Shown piece after piece: positions 57,813-64,000 of a stretch of DNA of 64,000 nucleotides. The stretch is taken from NCBI GenBank assembly GCA_037441705.1, contig JBBIRR010000014.1, positions 13,229 through 77,228 on the forward strand. Reading direction: 5' to 3'. Position numbers and translations under genes: made by a program. Origin of the DNA: Ignavibacteriales bacterium. Its GTDB lineage: Bacteria > Bacteroidota > Ignavibacteria > UBA10030 > UBA6906. The notes below the pieces were generated by a model. That model saw only the letters and a program-made list of their open reading frames with translations. It ran no database searches and was not told where the DNA came from. The stretch's first letter is position 1, and each line of letters begins with the position of its first letter.

Positions 57813-60206
57813 ATGTTTCCCCTGCATAGATTCGCTCCAACCCTTCTCCTGCTCTTCGTTCCCTGCCTCATCATCGCCCAGCAGGAATCGCCGTACAAAC
57901 TCAAGCCCGTGTACACGCCCCCGCTGCAGCGACCTGCATTGGAGGTTTCCCGTGCGGCTCTGCCGGCGAAGGCAACAGGCGCTCTCCCGGCCTTCGACGG
58001 CGATGCATTCCATCTCAACCTCGGCGCCGAGGCGCGCCGGGCAACACAGGAGGAGGCACGCAGTGTACTGAATGCCTACCTGAGTGCCATCGGATATAAA
58101 GGATCGCCCGATGACATCTCGTTTGTTCGTACCGTGCGCAGCGGCGAGACGAACAAGGAGACCCTCGAGAAGAGTATTAAAGAAGGGCAAGAGCAAACGC
58201 GGCGGAAAGTCGTGGGCAAGTTTGGACGAACGAACAAAGCCATCGACGAAGGCTTGCGCGAATCCGCCGATGAACTGCGCAGGCAGGCGGCAATGACGGA
58301 CGAGATTTTCGTGTTCGAGCAACGCTTCAAGGGAACGCCCATCGAGAACGCCGGCGCACGCGCTGTCGCACACGGCACCGCAGGGCTCTCCTCGCTCTCC
58401 GGGCGTATCTTCTCGACCATCAACATCACCAACACGCAGAAGCTCAACGCCGACGGCGCCATGCGTGCCGCGCGAGAGTATGTCAGCAAATCCGCCAAGC
58501 TCGATAACATCGGCAATGCCCGGCTTGTGTTGTTGCCGTACGGAGAGGGCTTCCGCTACGCGTGGAGAATGGACGCATCGGTGGAAGACGGTCCGTACGA
58601 AATTTGGATTGATGCCGAGAGCGGAAACGTGCTGCAGCTTGAGCCGCTGTTTTCGTACGACGCCGCGCGTGGGTTGGTCTTCAATCCGAATCCGAACGTC
58701 GGTACGGTAGAGAAAACGTTCGAAGTCGACCCGCCTTCGGGCAATACCTATCGCCTGCGTCTGAATAACGTGTTAGATGTGAACAACAACGGCGCTGATG
58801 GTGTGAGCAACGGCGATCTGACCATCTCTTCGGTCAACGTCACCGAGGCAAACTTCAACGTCAATCCCATCAACGGCACTGTGGTGGCGCGAACGAATCA
58901 GGCGAACTACAACTCCCGCTTTCAGGAGGTGAATGTGTACGCGTGGGTGTTCACCACGCGCAAGACGTATCTCGATCTCGGCAGTCAGAACTTTCCCTTC
59001 ATCACCGCAACAGTCAACCACAATAACCCGTGCGGGTTCGGCATCAACAACGCATGCGCAAGCGGCACAAACAGTCTCACCTTCGGCATCGGCGGCGCAA
59101 CGACAGGCACCAGCACGGCGTGCAGTCAGCTCTTTAATTCCGCCATTGATGCCACAGTCGTGCTGCACGAGTTCGGTCATCTGCTGAACCGCATACAGGT
59201 GAATGCGGCGGGCGGCACGATGACGCAGTCCATTAACGAAGGAATGGCCGACTTCTGGGCATGCACATTCAACAACACTGATACATTCGGGGCGTTCTGG
59301 AACAACAACTGTCCTGCACCGGTACAGACGAGCTTCGTGCCGCGCCAGGCCGAGCCACAGGATGTTTTTCCCGAGCACATCATCAACTTCGGCGACGGAT
59401 TCCCGCACAGCGACGGACAGATTATCTGCTGGGCGCTCTGGAACTCGCGCACCGAGTTGAACGCCATTGATGCGCTTGGAACGTTCAGCATCAATCTCAA
59501 TCTCGTGCGGGCACTGGCGAGTTCGGGGGTGGGCGTGGTGGCAGGAAGTACACACCAGCGCGTGCACGACGCGTACGTGAACCTGCTGCAGAATCTTGTC
59601 TCGCGCTACAGCACGAGTCGCTATGCGCACAAGATTCTCACGGGCTTTGCCCGTGCGGGCATCTTCCTGAGCGATCGCGAAGCCATTGTGGACATCAACG
59701 ACGACTACCTGAATCGCAACGACGCCAACGGACCGACGTTCACGATCTGGACGGGGCGCGACTACACGTTCAACGCCAACGGCAGTGCCAACACGGGCAA
59801 TCAGCCGTTCAACACGCGCTTTACGGTCGAAGTTGCTAACGACGAGGCGTTCACCGTCAACCTCGTCTCCAGCGGCTCGCTCGGAGGAGTTGTCGCCGCC
59901 GACGGCGGACGCGCAACGTGGACACTCCCGCAGGCCAACTGGAATACACTCAAAGCACAGAACCAGCTCTTCTACCGCGTACGAACAACCGACAACGCCG
60001 GCGGCAATGCGCGTACTTCCGGCAACCCCGGCAACGGGTTCCTGACGAACGTCCCCGCCGCGAAAGCGTTCATCAACGAGAGTGGTGAGTGTGAATGCGC
60101 CTGCTCGGCATCCGCACAAACCTCCTCCCAAGGCGTTGCGTTGGTGACGTTGATTCCGCTGGTCGGTGCAATGCTCTGGCGTCGCGCCCTGAAACGCGCC
60201 GCCTGA
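57813..60206 (+). CDS. Secreted M4/M36-type zinc metalloprotease with Cys-rich C-terminal membrane sorting signal
   Basis: GGAGG SD; signal IIA-Q; FTP/PepSY-like propeptide; VLHEFGH...NEGMADFWA; PHSDGQI; tail GECECACS, hydrophobic helix, WRRALKR. Confidence 0.88.
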   Translation: MFPLHRFAPTLLLLFVPCLIIAQQESPYKLKPVYTPPLQRPALEVSRAALPAKATGALPAFDGDAFHLNLGAEARRATQEEARSVLNAYLSAIGYKGSPDDISFVRTVRSGETNKETLEKSIKEGQEQTRRKVVGKFGRTNKAIDEGLRESADELRRQAAMTDEIFVFEQRFKGTPIENAGARAVAHGTAGLSSLSGRIFSTINITNTQKLNADGAMRAAREYVSKSAKLDNIGNARLVLLPYGEGFRYAWRMDASVEDGPYEIWIDAESGNVLQLEPLFSYDAARGLVFNPNPNVGTVEKTFEVDPPSGNTYRLRLNNVLDVNNNGADGVSNGDLTISSVNVTEANFNVNPINGTVVARTNQANYNSRFQEVNVYAWVFTTRKTYLDLGSQNFPFITATVNHNNPCGFGINNACASGTNSLTFGIGGATTGTSTACSQLFNSAIDATVVLHEFGHLLNRIQVNAAGGTMTQSINEGMADFWACTFNNTDTFGAFWNNNCPAPVQTSFVPRQAEPQDVFPEHIINFGDGFPHSDGQIICWALWNSRTELNAIDALGTFSINLNLVRALASSGVGVVAGSTHQRVHDAYVNLLQNLVSRYSTSRYAHKILTGFARAGIFLSDREAIVDINDDYLNRNDANGPTFTIWTGRDYTFNANGSANTGNQPFNTRFTVEVANDEAFTVNLVSSGSLGGVVAADGGRATWTLPQANWNTLKAQNQLFYRVRTTDNAGGNARTSGNPGNGFLTNVPAAKAFINESGECECACSASAQTSSQGVALVTLIPLVGAMLWRRALKRAA

Positions 60207-60210
60207 TTCG

Positions 60211-61071
60211 ATGCGTCCGCGCATTGTCGAAACGCTCAACGCGTGGTCCGGTACCGAATTGTTCGGCTGGCTCGTGCCGGACCCCGCTTTCGTGTACGCG
60301 CTTGCGATGGCCGTTGTCGGACTGGTGTTCGTTCGAAGGGTGGGGAAGGACGGTCTTGACCCGGTGCACGCATTGGGCGCAGCAATCTGGGCCATCATCG
60401 GCGGATTGATCGGCGCGCGGGTGTTCTTTCTCATCCAGCACAACGACCTCCTGCTGGCCCGACCGTCTATCCTCTTCGATCTGAACGGCGGGACGGTGTC
60501 ATGGGGGGCGTATCTCGGCGGCTCACTCGCGTTCATTCTCTACCTTCATCGCTCACACCAACCCTCGCTGCGTTATCTTGATGTGCTGGCATCATGTCTG
60601 GGCCTCGGGCCTTTCATTGCGCGGTGGGCGTGCTTCCTCAACGGAGATGACTACGGCACGCTGAGCAACGTCGCATGGGCCGTTTCGTTCCCCCACGGAA
60701 GCTACCCCTTTGCAGCACAGGTGCAAGCGGGGCTGCTCGACCCCGTCGCCGAGCTTTCTCTCCCCATTCATCCCGTTCAACTCTACCTCTCGCTCAAAGG
60801 GCTGCTCCTCTTTCTGGTCTGCACGATGCTCTGGAAGCGAAAACTTCCCGACGGATTCCTCTTCGCAATCTACTGGCTCCTGTTTGCCGCTGTTCGATTT
60901 GCGTTGGAGTTTTTCCGCGGAGATAGTACACGCGGGTTTGTGGGGGGACTTTCCGTCGGGCAGGGTATGGCGCTGGCCGTTTTTCTTGCAGCGGGGGTGA
61001 TGATGGCGTTCATCGCATGGCGGAGAACGTCACCGCTCGTCAAAGAAAAGATTGCCGGAGGAATTGAGTGA
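60211..61071 (+). CDS. Prolipoprotein diacylglyceryl transferase-like protein (divergent Lgt paralogue)
   Basis: GGLIGARVFF, ARWACFLNGDDYG, WAVSFP, IHPVQLY, RFALEFFRGD; about 7 TM helices. Confidence 0.88.
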   Translation: MRPRIVETLNAWSGTELFGWLVPDPAFVYALAMAVVGLVFVRRVGKDGLDPVHALGAAIWAIIGGLIGARVFFLIQHNDLLLARPSILFDLNGGTVSWGAYLGGSLAFILYLHRSHQPSLRYLDVLASCLGLGPFIARWACFLNGDDYGTLSNVAWAVSFPHGSYPFAAQVQAGLLDPVAELSLPIHPVQLYLSLKGLLLFLVCTMLWKRKLPDGFLFAIYWLLFAAVRFALEFFRGDSTRGFVGGLSVGQGMALAVFLAAGVMMAFIAWRRTSPLVKEKIAGGIE

Positions 61072-61093
61072 TTTCACCCCGGCGCTAAACCAC

Positions 61094-61122
61094 TGCGCTC
61101 CACAGCTTGATCGTGGAGCGCA
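61094..61122. terminator. Hairpin between convergent genes
   Basis: TGCGCTCCAC/GTGGAGCGCA perfect 10-bp stem. Confidence 0.6.
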
Positions 61123-61161
61123 ATGCGTGGTCGGGCAGGCGTGTCGTACAAGCTGCTGCGT

Positions 61162-63249
61162 TCACTGCACGGACTTTCCGTTCTTCAGATACTCCTTCAA
61201 CCAGTCGAACACCGTTTCATGCCAGAACTTGCTGTTGGCGGGCTTCAGAATCCCGTGTGCCTCATCGGAGAACCAGATGAACTTCGACGGCACGCCCTGT
61301 CGCTGCAGCGCAGTGAAGAGCTGCATCGCCTCGGAGATCGGCACGCGATAGTCACGCTCGCCGTGGAGAATCAGCGTCGGCGTGCGGAAATTTTTGGCGT
61401 AGATGTGCGGTGAGTGCTTCACAAACTCTTCCCGATTCTCCCACGGGATGCCGTGTTCCCACTCATCGAACCACACCTCTTCCGTCGTGCCGTACATGCT
61501 TTCGAAGTTGTACACGCCCGCATGTGTGACGATCGTGTTGAAGCGGTTGCCGGTATGGCCGAGAAACCAATTCATCATGTACCCGCCGTAGGAGGCACCG
61601 GCAGCGGCCTTGCGAGTGCTATCCACGTACGGCAAGCTGCATACGAAGTCAAGTCCCTTCATCAAGTCTACAAACACCTTCCCGCCCCAATCGCGACTGA
61701 TCTCGTTGACAAACTTCTGTCCGAACCCCGTGCTGCCACGCGGATTGGGCGCCATCACCACATACCCCTGTGCAGCCCACACTGCAGGATTCCAGCGGTA
61801 GTGCCATGCGTCAAGCCACGCGCCCTGCGGACCGCCGTGCACCATATACACAAGCGGATACTTCTTGCCTTCTTCCATAATCGGCGGCTTGTGAATCCAC
61901 GCCTGGACTTTCGTTCCGCCCTCGCCATCGAACCACACGCTTTCAGGTTCGGGAATCGTCAGCGCTGCGAACAGCTCATCGTTCACATGCGTGATCTGCA
62001 TGAAGCCGCTTCCGTCAAGATTGACCGTCGCAAGCTCGACCGGACGCGTGGCACGCTCATGCATGAACAACAGACGTTTGCGATCGGGCATGACCATGAT
62101 CGAACGATTGACGCCGCGATCGAACACCTTCTTCACATCGTTGCCCGTGACGGAAACGACAAAGATCGGCTCGCGGCCCTGTTCCTCGGACTCGAAGAAG
62201 ATGCGCTTGCTGTCCGGAAACCACACGGGCGCGCCGACGCTCGCGTCGAAGTTTTCCGTCAGGCTGCGCGTTCGGCGCGTCGTCCGATCGTACAGCATCA
62301 GCTCCCATCGGTCCGCCTCGAAGCCGGGCGTGCGCTGGGCGCGGTAGAAGAGATATCTGCCGTCCGGTGAGTAGCGCGGATAGCCGTCAGCGGCCGGATT
62401 GGTAGTAAGCTGTCGTGGTTCGCCACCGCTGATGGACACCGTGTAAATGTCATGATTGGTGTTCCAGGCTTCTTCGTGCACGGGCAGCGGCGTGGCAGTG
62501 TATGCCAGCTCTTTGGAGTCCGGCGAAAACGCGAAGTCCGTGCCCGCTGAAAAGGTAGATGACGTCGGCACCGCATCACGATCGCCGGGAGTGAGATCGC
62601 GTGGGACGGTCGGAACATCAATGCCTGCAAACGGCTGCACAAAGATGTGTTTGCGCTTGCCTTCGACCCAACCGTCCCAATGCCGATACAACAGCCGCGT
62701 GATGACGCGTGCTTTCACCGTGCTGTTCTTCATCTCCTCCAGCCGATTGCTGTTCAATGAATCGGCTTGCTCGAAGGGTAGATGGGAGAACTCGGGAAAC
62801 ACTTCGGACACAAAAGCGATCCATCGTCCGTCCGGCGACCAAACATGCTGCGCAGCTCCGGTTGCAAGGCGTGTAAATTGCTTCGCCTCGCCCCCATCGG
62901 GACTCACGATCCAGATTTGGGATGTGCCCGAGCGTGTGGACTCAAAAGCAATCCACTTGCCGTCAGGCGACCACATCGCCCGGCGATCTGCGGCAGGATC
63001 GTTGGTGAGTTGTCGCGGCGTGCCGCCGGCTATGGGCATCAGCCAGATGTCCGTCAGGTTCTTGTTCTCCTTCAGGTTCGGAGTTGTCACGGTGTAGGCT
63101 ACCCACTTTCCGTCGGGCGAGATCGCCGGCTCGGACACGCGTTGGATTTTGAAGAGATCGTCAAGCTCGAGCGGGCGCTTGTCCTGCGATTTGCTTTGCG
63201 TGAGCAAGACGCTCACAACGATGAGTAGTACAGCATTCTTCAAGGGCAT
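61162..63249 (-). CDS. S9 family peptidase (dipeptidyl/acylaminoacyl peptidase) with beta-propeller
   Basis: SPDGK repeats, VHGGPQ, GASYGG nucleophile, HGERDYRV, DEAHG. Confidence 0.94.
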   Translation of the reverse strand: MPLKNAVLLIVVSVLLTQSKSQDKRPLELDDLFKIQRVSEPAISPDGKWVAYTVTTPNLKENKNLTDIWLMPIAGGTPRQLTNDPAADRRAMWSPDGKWIAFESTRSGTSQIWIVSPDGGEAKQFTRLATGAAQHVWSPDGRWIAFVSEVFPEFSHLPFEQADSLNSNRLEEMKNSTVKARVITRLLYRHWDGWVEGKRKHIFVQPFAGIDVPTVPRDLTPGDRDAVPTSSTFSAGTDFAFSPDSKELAYTATPLPVHEEAWNTNHDIYTVSISGGEPRQLTTNPAADGYPRYSPDGRYLFYRAQRTPGFEADRWELMLYDRTTRRTRSLTENFDASVGAPVWFPDSKRIFFESEEQGREPIFVVSVTGNDVKKVFDRGVNRSIMVMPDRKRLLFMHERATRPVELATVNLDGSGFMQITHVNDELFAALTIPEPESVWFDGEGGTKVQAWIHKPPIMEEGKKYPLVYMVHGGPQGAWLDAWHYRWNPAVWAAQGYVVMAPNPRGSTGFGQKFVNEISRDWGGKVFVDLMKGLDFVCSLPYVDSTRKAAAGASYGGYMMNWFLGHTGNRFNTIVTHAGVYNFESMYGTTEEVWFDEWEHGIPWENREEFVKHSPHIYAKNFRTPTLILHGERDYRVPISEAMQLFTALQRQGVPSKFIWFSDEAHGILKPANSKFWHETVFDWLKEYLKNGKSVQ

Positions 63250-63332
63250 ACGAATTCTCCCAATAGTTGTTGTTGTACCAGACAGATGCATAGCACGCGG
63301 AGAGATTCTGGCAGACTACTCGTTCCCGGCAC

Positions 63333-63899
63333 TCACCGACTCCGCGGTGGCGTCTTATCCTCTTTCAGAAAGTTCTTCCACATCATAGACTCCACCGGTT
63401 TGTCCGTTCGCTCGGTGTACTTTGCGGATGGTTTAGTTCGATAGTTCGTCAGCACCTCGCCGTCCACCTCAAAGTAGATGAGCTGGCCGATGGGCATGCC
63501 GCGATAGATACGCACGGGTTGCTTGACCGAAATCTCCAACGTCCACGTGTTGCAAAAGCCAATGTCTCCTTTCCCCGCCGTTGCATGAATATCAATCCCC
63601 AATCGTCCGATGCTGCTCTTGCCTTCGAGGAACGGAACATGCGCATGCGTTTCCGTGTACTCCTCCGTCACGCCGAGATAAAGACGGTGAGGCAGAAGTA
63701 TCAAACCGTCTTCAGGAATTTCGAGATACTCAACCTCGTTGTGCAGTTTCGCATCCAGAATATCGCTCTTGTATGTTGCAAGCCATTTGCCGAGATGCAC
63801 GTCGTAGGAGTTCGAGCCGAGGTATTTCCGGTCAAACGGCGAGATGACGATGGTGCCTTTCTCCATCTCTTCGAGGATGCGTTTGTCGCTGAGGATCAT
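63333..63899 (-). CDS. dcd: dCTP deaminase
   Basis: MILSDK, NSYDVHL, EGKSSIGRLG, AGKGDIGF, TLEI. Confidence 0.93.
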   Translation of the reverse strand: MILSDKRILEEMEKGTIVISPFDRKYLGSNSYDVHLGKWLATYKSDILDAKLHNEVEYLEIPEDGLILLPHRLYLGVTEEYTETHAHVPFLEGKSSIGRLGIDIHATAGKGDIGFCNTWTLEISVKQPVRIYRGMPIGQLIYFEVDGEVLTNYRTKPSAKYTERTDKPVESMMWKNFLKEDKTPPRSR

Positions 63900-64000
63900 G
63901 CGGGGATGGTCAACGGAATTGTGGTTATAGTCATGCTTAATTTAGAAAATTCCCTGCGAAAAGCCATCGATGATCGATTCTTGAAGAGCATCGAGATACT

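Noticed and set aside
58773-60536. 587-aa antisense ORF over the protease and Lgt genes
   Set aside because: Shadow ORF from GC-rich codon bias; no recognisable motifs, while the sense genes are well supported.
1-64000. CRISPR arrays, IS elements, integrases, tRNA or rRNA genes
   Set aside because: No repeat-spacer periodicity, transposase or integrase motif, or RNA gene signature seen by eye.

Overview
GC-rich bacterial chromosome segment, most likely an Ignavibacteria-like member of the Bacteroidota/Chlorobiota/Ignavibacteriota group. The assignment is inferred from the PorV/FadL-family barrels, DUF4175/DUF4159 genes, futalosine-pathway MqnA-like gene and many Gln+1 signal peptides. The window is mostly housekeeping: lon, dnaX, rseP-dxr, ffh-rpsP-khpA-rimM-trmD-rplS, recN, cysS, pyk, GTP-PEPCK and dcd, plus many exported hydrolases. 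I saw no rRNA, tRNA, CRISPR array or IS element. Items most worth follow-up: (1) a two-gene operon of an M4/M36-type metalloprotease ending in a Cys-rich MYXO-CTERM-like tail (GECECACS, TM helix, RR) followed 4 nt later by a divergent Lgt paralogue, a candidate dedicated C-terminal lipidation/sorting system; (2) a four-gene trans-envelope cAMP module (secreted Ig-like protein, soluble FecR, large OM beta-barrel, CHASE2 adenylate cyclase); (3) an A9 slippery run in dnaX with stops close by in both shifted frames (tau/gamma recoding); (4) a consensus sigma-54 promoter with paired enhancer-like sites upstream of a low-complexity lipoprotein and FadL-type barrel; (5) a low-GC two-gene microcassette between recN and cysS. 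All calls come from reading sequence motifs by eye; no database searches were run.
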